A stretch of DNA of 63,194 nt, filler included, from Candidatus Woesearchaeota archaeon (GCA_003695265.1; 9 parts of 9 records of this genome joined end to end with filler, not necessarily neighbours in it); one strand, 5' to 3'. Counted from the first letter of the whole stretch, positions 49,590-58,904 are shown. The notes: a model not told the origin generated them from the letters alone. Made by a program: numbers and translations.

Positions 49590-49862
49590 ATAGTGGCTTA
49601 TGCGATGCAGCTGGGAGAAGAAGACGGAATAAGAAGAGAAGGGCTGAGAATACAAGAAAGAATAGGAGTTGAAATGAGAAACAAGTATGGAATATCTGTC
49701 AACGGACAAGCTGTTAGAGGAGAAGAAAAACTCTCAGACTACCTCAGAGACGCGACTTCTGCGTCAGGAAGGAATTACCTTGAAGCAGAGATCATAGTGG
49801 CAGCAAGGCAGGAAGGCGCAAGTCCTCTGGAGTACAGTTTAAGAGGATACAGGTTAAGGTAA
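49590..49862 (+). CDS. Putative ubiquitin-like (beta-grasp) protein, 5'-partial, with C-terminal extension
   Basis: YGISVNGQAV..EKLSDY pattern, terminal strand EIIVAARQEG then 14 extra residues; context of JAB and E1 genes. Confidence 0.55.
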   Translation: MVAYAMQLGEEDGIRREGLRIQERIGVEMRNKYGISVNGQAVRGEEKLSDYLRDATSASGRNYLEAEIIVAARQEGASPLEYSLRGYRLR

Positions 49863-49882
49863 TCAAGAACAGCAGCAGGAAG

Positions 49883-51196
49883 ATGGGAATAAAAACCTTT
49901 TTTTCAGACTTGGCAGAAAGGGGGCCTCTCTTAATTGTTGGGGAAGAGGCTTACCTAGTTAATTCCAGGCCGAGCCCGAGCAATGGAAACAACCTTATTA
50001 CTTTCGGAAACGCAAACCTGGAATTAGTGCCAGCAGGAACTCTGTCAGACCTTGTCAGGTTTTACAAGCACCACATGGCAGACCAAATCTACGCTGAAAA
50101 AAAGGAGTTCATTGAAGAAAGAGTTGATCAAGGATTTATGACAGCAGAAGAGCGTGAAAGAGAAATTGGAGACAGGAAACTGTTCTCATTCATAGTGAAT
50201 GAGCTCATGCCTTATTTAAGCGGCCACAAAGAGGACATAAGCGAATTGCTTGGCGAAGAAATAGAAAGGCAGCAGATAACAGAAAAAGATGAAGTTGATG
50301 AGGAAGAGCTCTTAGAAAATCTTGAGCGCGTGAAAAGAGAACTGAGGGGAGAGCAGGAAAGGTATGCTAAAGCAGAGTTCCAAGGAGACACCACTGACGA
50401 AGTTTCATACTTAAGGAGCCTTTTGCAAGGAGACGTGCTGGCTTTAAGCGGAATAGTTTACAAGCTGGAAAAGTCAAGAAACCCACAAATAATAATCTCA
50501 GTCAAAGGGTCATTGGACCAATATGACCTTAGAGAAATAGGAAGAGTGGAGGACATTGATGAGGAATATGCGCGCTTCCTCTCGTGGAGGTCAAGGCTTG
50601 AGGCTATTGACGAATTCACGGATTACATAAAAGCTGTCCAGAGAATTAGGCTTGAAGCGACTAAGGACCTTGACAAAATAATGCAGTTAAGGGAATTCAA
50701 TGATGGGGATGTGGGATTCCTAAGGCATGAAGGGGATGTTTATGTTTATCAGATAATACCACCTTTTGCCATGCTTGACCCGAGGCCGACAAAGAAAGGC
50801 GTTGCTTATGAGTTCCCAAGGCTAAGGGTTGGGATGCGAATACAATATGAAGATGGCAGAATTTATTTAGACGAGCCCGTGCTGTTTGAGGCGGAATGGC
50901 ATCCGTTTACTGAAATGGAGAATGCAGAATTCCAGCATCTTTGCGGGGGGCATGTTCCTCCAAGGAACGGCTCTGAAGTTGAGTGGGTTGCAAAAGCGCT
51001 GGATGATGCGAAGAATTTGGTAATGAACGGTTTAACGCCGGGAAGCATCAGAGAGCACGGCGGAGACAAGAAGTATGGGGGCAGATATTTTGGTATTAGC
51101 TTAGACGAAAAGCTGGCTCCAAGAAAAATCAGTGAGAAAGAAGCGCGCAGAAAAGGGCTGCTAATTACGAACAGGTGGGACTGGAGGGATGATTGA
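49883..51196 (+). CDS. Putative E2-like protein with N-terminal coiled-coil region
   Basis: C-terminal YEFPRL...WHPF...HLCGG; only Cys in 437 aa; operon context. Confidence 0.55.
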   Translation: MGIKTFFSDLAERGPLLIVGEEAYLVNSRPSPSNGNNLITFGNANLELVPAGTLSDLVRFYKHHMADQIYAEKKEFIEERVDQGFMTAEEREREIGDRKLFSFIVNELMPYLSGHKEDISELLGEEIERQQITEKDEVDEEELLENLERVKRELRGEQERYAKAEFQGDTTDEVSYLRSLLQGDVLALSGIVYKLEKSRNPQIIISVKGSLDQYDLREIGRVEDIDEEYARFLSWRSRLEAIDEFTDYIKAVQRIRLEATKDLDKIMQLREFNDGDVGFLRHEGDVYVYQIIPPFAMLDPRPTKKGVAYEFPRLRVGMRIQYEDGRIYLDEPVLFEAEWHPFTEMENAEFQHLCGGHVPPRNGSEVEWVAKALDDAKNLVMNGLTPGSIREHGGDKKYGGRYFGISLDEKLAPRKISEKEARRKGLLITNRWDWRDD

Positions 51197-52490
51197 AATG
51201 GCAGATGAGTTGGAAGAATTACTGCAAAGCTCGGAAACAGGAAGAAGAATAACTCCAAGGGAGATAATTCCGGGAGTTGTGCCTTTCACAGAAGGAGCCT
51301 ACAAAAAAGCAGACATGATCGGGCCAATCATAAAAGAGCTTACAGGAAGGGACCTTGAGTGGTCTGCGTTCATGCTTGCACAGCAGGGCGATCCTAATTA
51401 TGTTGTAAGGGACCTTTTGCTACAAGAGGGACAGGACATAAGGTTTGGGAATGTTGAGATAAAAGGGGAAGACGTTGCAAGGGCAAGCGCAAAAGTACAG
51501 GAAAGAAACCAGAAAGAAGGAACAAACTTTTATGTTATTGGATGGATTCACGGCCATGGAAGAAGTTTTTTAGTGCCTTCCACTACAGACAGACAAAATT
51601 TTGAGACTGTAATTAATTCTGTTGCCCTGAACACAGAGCAGCATGTTTTGGTGCCTTTAAGATTAATAGAAACCGAAGCCGTGAGAAAAATGAGAAATGG
51701 AAGAATTATTCAAACAGGGAGAGCTGTTGAGGACGCTGTTATCGAGTATTCCCTAAGGGAAGATGCGCGATTGAGAAGTCTGTTAAGAAGGCATGGAATC
51801 GAGTTTGAGGAAGGTGAAGAAAGAGAAAAAGCGCTCTCATTATTGTACTCGTTATTAGGAGCAACAAGTATAGAATACCAGCAGGCCAACATATTTGGCT
51901 TCTCATATTTTGTAATAATGAACAACAGGCACGAAAAGCCTTATGCAGCAATAGCCTGGGCTTCTGAGAGAGCCATTACAAGGACGAGAAGAGCAGAGCT
52001 TATTGAAGGCCTTGAAATTAAAAGAGTTGCTGCTGGGAATGACATAGTTGTAAGTGAGGAATCCCTAGAGCAAGAAATAAGAGACAATATTGACCTGCCG
52101 AAGAAAGGATTATTCTCATTGTTTGGCACTTATGAAGGGGGGAGTTATTGGGATGGCGGATATTCTGGTGGAAGAGGGCAACCATATTGGGGAAGAGGAG
52201 CCCATGAACACGCATTCTGGATGTCAAGAGAGCTTTTGAGAACATTGGAGGGCAGAATCAGTGAGTGTGAAGACCCAGAAGACAAGTCAAAGATGAGAGA
52301 AGTAAAATCATTAGTAGAAATGCTGGGGAAGGTTGAGAGGGCCAGAACAAGAAATGCCCAAATGGAAATTATTGACTCTTATTTCAGGAGGAACTACGGC
52401 TGGCAGCCTGCTGAGGAGCAGGAAACAGACGAGCTTCTTGGCAGAGAACCAAACTCTCCTGATTACAAAGGAGGAGGCAAAAAAGAATGA
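51189..52490 (+). CDS. JAB/JAMM (MPN+) metalloprotease
   Basis: LEWSAFML plus exact HxHx7Sx2D motif (GWIHGHGRSFLVPSTTD). Confidence 0.85.
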   Translation: MIEMADELEELLQSSETGRRITPREIIPGVVPFTEGAYKKADMIGPIIKELTGRDLEWSAFMLAQQGDPNYVVRDLLLQEGQDIRFGNVEIKGEDVARASAKVQERNQKEGTNFYVIGWIHGHGRSFLVPSTTDRQNFETVINSVALNTEQHVLVPLRLIETEAVRKMRNGRIIQTGRAVEDAVIEYSLREDARLRSLLRRHGIEFEEGEEREKALSLLYSLLGATSIEYQQANIFGFSYFVIMNNRHEKPYAAIAWASERAITRTRRAELIEGLEIKRVAAGNDIVVSEESLEQEIRDNIDLPKKGLFSLFGTYEGGSYWDGGYSGGRGQPYWGRGAHEHAFWMSRELLRTLEGRISECEDPEDKSKMREVKSLVEMLGKVERARTRNAQMEIIDSYFRRNYGWQPAEEQETDELLGREPNSPDYKGGGKKE

Positions 52491-53962
52491 CAGCAGAAAA
52501 AAACATTCACAGGTACGACCGTCAGAACCTAATTAGGGGTTGGGACCAGGAAAAACTGACAAGAGGTATTGTCACGATAATCGGGTCTGATGCCTTAGCT
52601 AGGTATGTGGCTCTTCCGCTAGCAGCGCTTGGCGTAGGAACAATAAGAATAATAGACTCTTCTGAAGGCGAAGAGAAAGACAGGCTGCTTGACATTCCGC
52701 TTAGAGGGGATTCAAGAGCAAAAACGTTAGAGGACGCTCTAAGAAGAATCAATCCGGAAATAGAGGTTATGGGAATAAACTCTGACCTGACGGCAAGGGC
52801 GGCCCAGTATTTTTTGGAGGGAAGCGATGTTGTGGTTGACGCAACAAATGATATCACATCAAAAAGCCACGCTTTAGAATACCATTTAAGGACAGGAACG
52901 CCTCTCTTCAGCGCGTCTTCCGACACTACAAAGGGAAAGATTGTGATGGCGAATGGAGATCCTCAGCCAATAATTCTTATGCCAATGTTTAGGGGAGCAG
53001 AGCAGGGCGACCTTGTTTCCCTTGAGCTTGGCGGCGTGCTTGCAGAAGAAGTGAAGAAAGTGCTTATGCAACAGGGAAGCCCCCTGGCAATAATTTATAA
53101 TTATAATTTGGAGTCAAACGAGAGGTTCGGGTTTGCGTCAGACAGGGAATTAAGGGAAACGGCTGATGCTTTCAGAGGCAAAAAAATACTCATGGTGGGA
53201 GCAGGAGCCCTTGGGTGCTTTTTAGGCCCTGCAACTATTACCAGTATGTCTCCTGGAAGGATTGACATAATGGATTATGACACAATAGAAGACCACAACC
53301 TTAACAGGCAGGTATGTTTTTATGACGCTGTCGGCAGGCTAAAGGCTGAGAGGCTAGCACAAACCTTAGAAGCAATGTCAAGAGGCGGAACAGAAATAAG
53401 GGCTTTGGTTGAGAAATTTACAGAGGAGTTTCAGCCAGATGTTGAGTACGACCTAATATTTGACGCTGTTGACAGCTTCTTCACAAAAGCAATACTACAT
53501 AATTACGCAAAAGAGCATGGAATTCCAATAATAAGCGGCGGAACTGACTACAGGGCCTCAACAGTAATGGTTTACAAACCAGGAGAAACGTCCTGTTTTG
53601 ACTGCCAGATAAACCTCACAGAGCTTGCTGTTAAGGCTGAAATTATTAGAAGGACAAGCTGCTTGCAGGCGCCTGACCCTTCTGTGATAATGACTAACCA
53701 GGTAGCAGGAGCTTTAATGGTTGCAGAAGCCAGGAGCGTCCTAAGGCCTGACCTTTACGGCAGGCCTGTGAATGGTCCTATAAGGTTTATTTCAGACTTT
53801 GACTCAAGAGGGGGCGTTAATGAATTAGAGTCAGTATGTAGCTGCCACACAAGAGGGCCGAGCAGAATAGAACTTCCAGATCCGGAAAGGGTGAGAATTG
53901 AGGAAAGAGAGGTTGACGGCCAAATAGTTAAAGAAGTATATATTGACGGAAAGAGGCTATAA
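52487..53962 (+). CDS. E1-like ThiF enzyme with tandem inactive and active adenylation domains
   Basis: RYDRQ and degenerate GSDALA in domain 1; GAGALG, DTIEDHNLNRQ, DAVD, CFDC, RTSC, CSC in domain 2. Confidence 0.9.
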   Translation: MTAEKNIHRYDRQNLIRGWDQEKLTRGIVTIIGSDALARYVALPLAALGVGTIRIIDSSEGEEKDRLLDIPLRGDSRAKTLEDALRRINPEIEVMGINSDLTARAAQYFLEGSDVVVDATNDITSKSHALEYHLRTGTPLFSASSDTTKGKIVMANGDPQPIILMPMFRGAEQGDLVSLELGGVLAEEVKKVLMQQGSPLAIIYNYNLESNERFGFASDRELRETADAFRGKKILMVGAGALGCFLGPATITSMSPGRIDIMDYDTIEDHNLNRQVCFYDAVGRLKAERLAQTLEAMSRGGTEIRALVEKFTEEFQPDVEYDLIFDAVDSFFTKAILHNYAKEHGIPIISGGTDYRASTVMVYKPGETSCFDCQINLTELAVKAEIIRRTSCLQAPDPSVIMTNQVAGALMVAEARSVLRPDLYGRPVNGPIRFISDFDSRGGVNELESVCSCHTRGPSRIELPDPERVRIEEREVDGQIVKEVYIDGKRL

Positions 53963-53963
53963 A

Positions 53964-55559
53964 ATGAGAGAGGGAATTGACCTGCTGGACGAACTTGAGG
54001 AAGAAGAAACAATTGCAGAAGTTGTGAACTTAGCTGCAAACACAGATCCTGTTAGGAAAATTGCTAGAATACTTGAATCACAAAAACCGGATTTCGATTT
54101 TGAGATTGAAGAAGGAATAAGCATAAGCTCAGCAAGCTTAGCGTATTATTTTGGGAAAGGACTAAGCAAAACACAGTTATCTGAAATTATAAGGAAGAAT
54201 GGAGACCAATCATTCTTAGCAGCATTGTATTCACAGACAGACTCTGAATCAGTAATAACATGCCTTTTGCCAGCAGCATCGCCAGTCCATGTCTTGAAAC
54301 AATACTTGAGCTTAAGGAATCTGCCCCAGCCAGAACAGGAAGAAGAAAATCCTGTGTTGCAATACACAAATACCAGTTTTACAGCTTCTCTTGCGGCGCA
54401 GGAGCTTCTCCAAGCACTTCCTTTTGTTGAAGAGCAGCTAGAAAGGATAATGAGCCCAAGCGATTTAAGGGATGTCATATTGTTTTCACAAATGGTCTTA
54501 TCAGCAGAAGACAAGAATTTAAGAACAGAGCTTGAAGCTCTTGCAGCACAAGAAGGCTTGACAGCTAGAGAAATGCTTGACAGGGGCGCAAGGATATATT
54601 TCTCAGAAACATTCCCTTCATATTTCGCTTTAGTTGAATCAGCACAACAAGAAGAAGTTGACAAAGATGTTGCTAAGCAGGCCTTAAAAGAACTGTTTGG
54701 AGACAGCTTAAAGACTTACGAGCAGGCGGCATGTCTGTCAGAGCTTGTGGATGATCCCAAAATTGTTAGTAATATATTCTCTTGGCTTGACAAGCAAAAG
54801 ATAATGCATGAATTCAGAGAAGACAAGAAAAAGCACGAGGAATCACAGCCCAACTTTTTTGAGACGTTCAAGGCTATTGTCTCTGAGTATTTCAAACAAA
54901 ATGGGTTAAATGCAGATGAAGAGTGTTTTTTCAGGCCGGCAGAAAAAGATGATTATGAAAAAGGCCGCAAGTTCAGGGTAAGCCCAAAAAGCGAGTTTTA
55001 TTATGACTATAAAGGTGTTTTAGGTACTGCAGCGGGTTGTACATGTGGAAGACAAGTATGGAAAATTAATTTTGATGGTGATGGCAGATGCCTTCCTTTC
55101 CCAGAATTAGAAGTTGCTATTTCCTTAGATGAATTCCTTCCGAAGAGCGGCAGATTAAGCCATAGAGGCTATGAGCAGCTCTGCACAGAGTTTATGCTGG
55201 AACACTTAATAGAAAGACCCGAGTTTGAAGTGGGGGATAAAGTAGAGGTTGTGAACAGCGGAACAAATTATCTCTATACAAAAGATGGAAGCTGGGGCTA
55301 TGTAGAGAGAATCACGGAAGATCAGATTGACATTGAGTTCCACCACTTAACAGGCGAACACCATACAACGCCAGTAACATTTGATATTAAAAAAGAGCAT
55401 GTCAGATCATTAGAGGAAAGAAAGCCGCAAGAAGATGAAACAGCAAGATTCCTGCAAATAAAACAAGAGATAGAAAGCGCTGGAGAAGTTGGCGCTTATC
55501 TCACAAGACACAGGGCAATTAGGCTTATAGAGGAAAGGCTGAACGCAATTTTTGAATAA
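53964..55559 (+). CDS. Hypothetical protein: helical N-terminus, C-terminal SH3/KOW-like barrels
   Basis: Long ORF starting 1 nt after E1 stop; FEVGDKVEVV...GYVERI..QIDIEF. Confidence 0.75.
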   Translation: MREGIDLLDELEEEETIAEVVNLAANTDPVRKIARILESQKPDFDFEIEEGISISSASLAYYFGKGLSKTQLSEIIRKNGDQSFLAALYSQTDSESVITCLLPAASPVHVLKQYLSLRNLPQPEQEEENPVLQYTNTSFTASLAAQELLQALPFVEEQLERIMSPSDLRDVILFSQMVLSAEDKNLRTELEALAAQEGLTAREMLDRGARIYFSETFPSYFALVESAQQEEVDKDVAKQALKELFGDSLKTYEQAACLSELVDDPKIVSNIFSWLDKQKIMHEFREDKKKHEESQPNFFETFKAIVSEYFKQNGLNADEECFFRPAEKDDYEKGRKFRVSPKSEFYYDYKGVLGTAAGCTCGRQVWKINFDGDGRCLPFPELEVAISLDEFLPKSGRLSHRGYEQLCTEFMLEHLIERPEFEVGDKVEVVNSGTNYLYTKDGSWGYVERITEDQIDIEFHHLTGEHHTTPVTFDIKKEHVRSLEERKPQEDETARFLQIKQEIESAGEVGAYLTRHRAIRLIEERLNAIFE

Positions 55560-55580
55560 GAAGATAGGAGAGGATATAAA

Positions 55581-56234
55581 ATGGCAGACAAAAGATTGGT
55601 TGAAAGGCTTGTTCAGTTTGAATGCGACTTGGACAGCAAGGTTTTAGAAGAATCCATGGAGATTGAGAATTGGCTTGAAGTTGAAGCTCCAGCAATGAAC
55701 AAATTAAGGGGGATTATTGAAGAGAAATATTCGAGAAAAGCCCAGGAAAAAATTAACAGGGCGCTTTACACTGGAAAAACAAGAGCGCCTATTAAAGAGA
55801 GGATTATGATTTATTTATTTTTAGGAAAGCAAGGAGTGCAAGAAGATGAGTATTTCAGAAGAGAAAAACACGAGCTCAGAAAGCTTGTGATAGAAGAAGC
55901 GCAGAATTTAGCAAACGGCAGCCCATTAACCAGAGAGCAGTTCGAGGAGGCTTTTGCTCATGCCATAAGCAGGTTCGGCGTTCAGAGATTCAGGGATTCA
56001 GAAATGGGGCCTTATCATCTTGCAGAGCAGTTCCTAGGAAAATTAGTGGGGATTACTGAAAGGCAGCTCGAACGCAGGCCTCACAAAGCAGAAAAGTATG
56101 AGACACAAATCAAGATTTATAATGCTCTGAGGCGTCTAGGCTTCAGGTGGGTTAATGGATTCATAAATCAGGTGTTAGAGATACGTGAAAAGTATAATGG
56201 AGACAGGAGTGCAGAACAATGGCAGGCAAGATAA
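55581..56234 (+). CDS. Hypothetical alpha-helical protein
   Basis: 217 aa, GAGGA RBS, in operon. Confidence 0.75.
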   Translation: MADKRLVERLVQFECDLDSKVLEESMEIENWLEVEAPAMNKLRGIIEEKYSRKAQEKINRALYTGKTRAPIKERIMIYLFLGKQGVQEDEYFRREKHELRKLVIEEAQNLANGSPLTREQFEEAFAHAISRFGVQRFRDSEMGPYHLAEQFLGKLVGITERQLERRPHKAEKYETQIKIYNALRRLGFRWVNGFINQVLEIREKYNGDRSAEQWQAR

Positions 56235-56548
56235 ACCCAAGAAACTTTGTGATAAGAAAGCACCACAGGCATGACTTAAGGGACTGGATCAGGGCAAACT
56301 TCCCTTTTATAGAGGAGAAAAGCACGTTCAATTATGGTCCTGAAGACTTCAAGATGCTTGAGGAAAGAGCAGATGAGATATACGATGCGTGCAGAAAAGT
56401 TGAGGAAATAGACTTAAGAGCTAAGTCAAGCTACGCTGATTATTACAAAGAAGACTGGGATAGAATAAGGACAGCATACGAGAAAAGAGACTTTGTGGAA
56501 ATGGCCTACGCCCTAAAAACACTTGTAGATGCAATTGATGCTGAGTAG
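56219..56548 (+). CDS. Hypothetical protein
   Basis: 109 aa, GGAG RBS, overlaps upstream gene. Confidence 0.72.
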   Translation: MAGKINPRNFVIRKHHRHDLRDWIRANFPFIEEKSTFNYGPEDFKMLEERADEIYDACRKVEEIDLRAKSSYADYYKEDWDRIRTAYEKRDFVEMAYALKTLVDAIDAE

Positions 56549-56559
56549 GTAAATAAAAA

Positions 56560-57324
56560 ATGAATGAGGAGCCAGAACTTCAATACGTGAAAGGAGGACC
56601 AGAACCAGGTGGTAAAGTAATGATATACGGCGAACTAGTTAGAGAAGGGTTGGAAAACAAAGTTTATCTTGCAATAAATGCCCAGAATATTGTGATGAAT
56701 ATTGAGGATATGATACCACCATTTATGAGAAAGATACCAGGATTAGAGGAACTGATTAAAAGTGGTTTTGAAGAAAAAAATTTTGTCGCTTCTAAGGTAA
56801 CACCCAGAATTTTTAATGATGACTCATTCATTGAGGAATATGATGGTGATGTTATTAGCGTTGGGAAGGTCAAATCAGAGAGTGAAGCGTCAAGCTTAAT
56901 AAACAATGTTTTAATTGCTTATATTAGAAGGTTTGTTTCGAATTTCAGTGATAAGAGAAAAACTACAGAAAGTGGGAAAAAAGTAGAAGTTCTTCCAAGG
57001 CTTGAAAAACATTATTCAGATATAAAGTCGGAAGAAGAATTAGAAGGATTATTAACAAGAAAGATTGAGAGTTATTCAGGCTGCCTTTCCCAAGGAGATA
57101 ATGAATCAGCTTCAGAAATCTCACTGCAACTCAGGCTGTTTGCAGAAAACACACCTATCAGCGCGCAGGTCGAGGCAATGCTAAGGAATGCAAGGAGCAA
57201 CCATAAAGAAAAAGATAATATTCAAAGATTACTTGTCAAAGAATGTGGCGCTATTTACAGAGAGAATTATGAATTAGCTGCTAGGATAAGAGATCAGATT
57301 CGTAATTTGCAAAACCTTAAATAA
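56560..57324 (+). CDS. Hypothetical protein with C-terminal UVR (UvrB/C) motif
   Basis: AIYRENYELAARIRDQIRNL. Confidence 0.75.
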   Translation: MNEEPELQYVKGGPEPGGKVMIYGELVREGLENKVYLAINAQNIVMNIEDMIPPFMRKIPGLEELIKSGFEEKNFVASKVTPRIFNDDSFIEEYDGDVISVGKVKSESEASSLINNVLIAYIRRFVSNFSDKRKTTESGKKVEVLPRLEKHYSDIKSEEELEGLLTRKIESYSGCLSQGDNESASEISLQLRLFAENTPISAQVEAMLRNARSNHKEKDNIQRLLVKECGAIYRENYELAARIRDQIRNLQNLK

Positions 57325-57347
57325 TAATTTGCATTAATTATTTAATC

Positions 57348-58130
57348 ATGATAAAAGTAGGCTTTATAGGCGCAGGAAACATGGCAGGAGCCATGATAAA
57401 ATCTTTGATTTCTAATAATTTCACAAATTCAATCGTTGCTAGCGACATAAATGAAGACAAATTAAAGAGTTTAAGGAATGAGTTAGGAATCAGCACGACA
57501 ACAAACAATCAGGAGGTTGTTGATTCTGCTGAAATGATCGTGATAGCGGTTAAGCCGCAGCACATTGATGATGCCCTGTCAGGAATAAAAGTAAATGAGC
57601 AAATCATGATTTCAATTGCTGCTGGCATTCCGTTGTCAAAACTGTTAAGGTATGTGCCGAGGGCTGTGCGCGTAATGCCAAACACCCCAGCCCTAGTTGG
57701 GGAAATGGCAGGAGCTTACGCGTTCTCAGAAGGTTTTAATGAAGAAGAAAAAAAGCTTGTAAAAGAATTCCTCGGCGTGTTCGGAACAGTTTTTGAGCTG
57801 GAAGAAAAGCACATTGACGCTGTTACTGCGCTGTCCGGCTCTGGACCTGGGTTTCTTGCTTATTTGTTGCAGGGATTCCTGAGCAAAGCTGTTGAGCTGG
57901 GATTAAACAAAGACATTGCCTATGAGCTCTGCCTCAAGACGATGAAAGGCACTGCAGAGCTTCTAAGCAGAAAAAATCTCAACCCGGAAGATCTTATAAG
58001 AATGGTCGCTTCAAAAGGAGGCACAACAGAAGCAGGCTTAAAAGTCTTAGAAGAAAAAGAAGTTCAGAGAATTCTCGGAGAATGCCTGGAAGCAGCTCAT
58101 AAAAGAAGCAAAGAGCTTGGAAAAAATTAA
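57348..58130 (+). CDS. proC: Pyrroline-5-carboxylate reductase
   Basis: GFIGAGNMA, AVKPQ, RVMPNTP, ALSGSGP, SKGGTT. Confidence 0.96.
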   Translation: MIKVGFIGAGNMAGAMIKSLISNNFTNSIVASDINEDKLKSLRNELGISTTTNNQEVVDSAEMIVIAVKPQHIDDALSGIKVNEQIMISIAAGIPLSKLLRYVPRAVRVMPNTPALVGEMAGAYAFSEGFNEEEKKLVKEFLGVFGTVFELEEKHIDAVTALSGSGPGFLAYLLQGFLSKAVELGLNKDIAYELCLKTMKGTAELLSRKNLNPEDLIRMVASKGGTTEAGLKVLEEKEVQRILGECLEAAHKRSKELGKN

Positions 58131-58131
58131 G

Positions 58132-58749
58132 TCAATGCCCTGCTTCAATTTTTCTTTGCAATTCCAGCAAATCAGCCACTTGCACGTAAGCGCCGCCGCG
58201 ATCCCTTAATTTGGCTATTCCCTCAGGTATTAATAAGCCGCGCTCGTTCCTGACAATATCAGACACTTCGTGAGGAAAGTTCTGCCAGTCAGTCTTTGGT
58301 TCAACAAAGTAATCAGGCCTTATTCCGCCCTTATGCTTGTCTTTCCTCCAATACAAGACAGCAAACCTTGCGTTTTCTGTCACTAAACTAAGCTCTGACA
58401 TTATGCGCTTATGAGTGCTTCCAGTATCAACTATGTCCTCAATAATCAAAACCTTATCATTAGGAGTGAGCCGTTCCTTAAAAGAGCCTAAGCCATCAAG
58501 CCTGACAGCCTCGTTCTCCCCAGGCCTTTGGTATGATCTGGCCTTAAAAGGCATATGATAAATATCTGTATGGCCGAAAGCCTCAAACAATTCAATGATC
58601 AGAGGAGCAATAAGGCTGCATCCCCCTTTCCAAACAGCGCCTATAGCGGTTGGGATGTAAGGCTCAGGATGTATTTCATTGCCCTGGTATATTTGAAGGA
58701 AAAGCCTTACAGTATCTTGCTCGATCTGCTCTAAACTTAAGTGCTGCAT
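58132..58749 (-). CDS. Type I phosphoribosyltransferase (purine salvage-like)
   Basis: VLIIEDIVDTGST PRPP loop; PDYF..WQNFPHE. Confidence 0.85.
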   Translation of the reverse strand: MQHLSLEQIEQDTVRLFLQIYQGNEIHPEPYIPTAIGAVWKGGCSLIAPLIIELFEAFGHTDIYHMPFKARSYQRPGENEAVRLDGLGSFKERLTPNDKVLIIEDIVDTGSTHKRIMSELSLVTENARFAVLYWRKDKHKGGIRPDYFVEPKTDWQNFPHEVSDIVRNERGLLIPEGIAKLRDRGGAYVQVADLLELQRKIEAGH

Positions 58750-58904
58750 AATTGTGGGGATTATTAGATTATTAATTATTAAAAAGCTTTTCTGTGATTA
58801 ATGAAATATTTTCTGCAAATGAGTTCTAAGTTCTTACAAGGATATTAAAACACATTAATTTCTGAGAAAAAAGAAAAAGAATAAAGTCAAAGAAGAGAGA
58901 AAAA

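Noticed and set aside
52487..53962. Reading the E1 as a plain ThiF/MoeB cofactor-biosynthesis enzyme
   Set aside because: Tandem-domain architecture, adjacent JAB and E2-like genes, and no thiamine or molybdopterin genes on the contig favour protein conjugation; not formally excluded.
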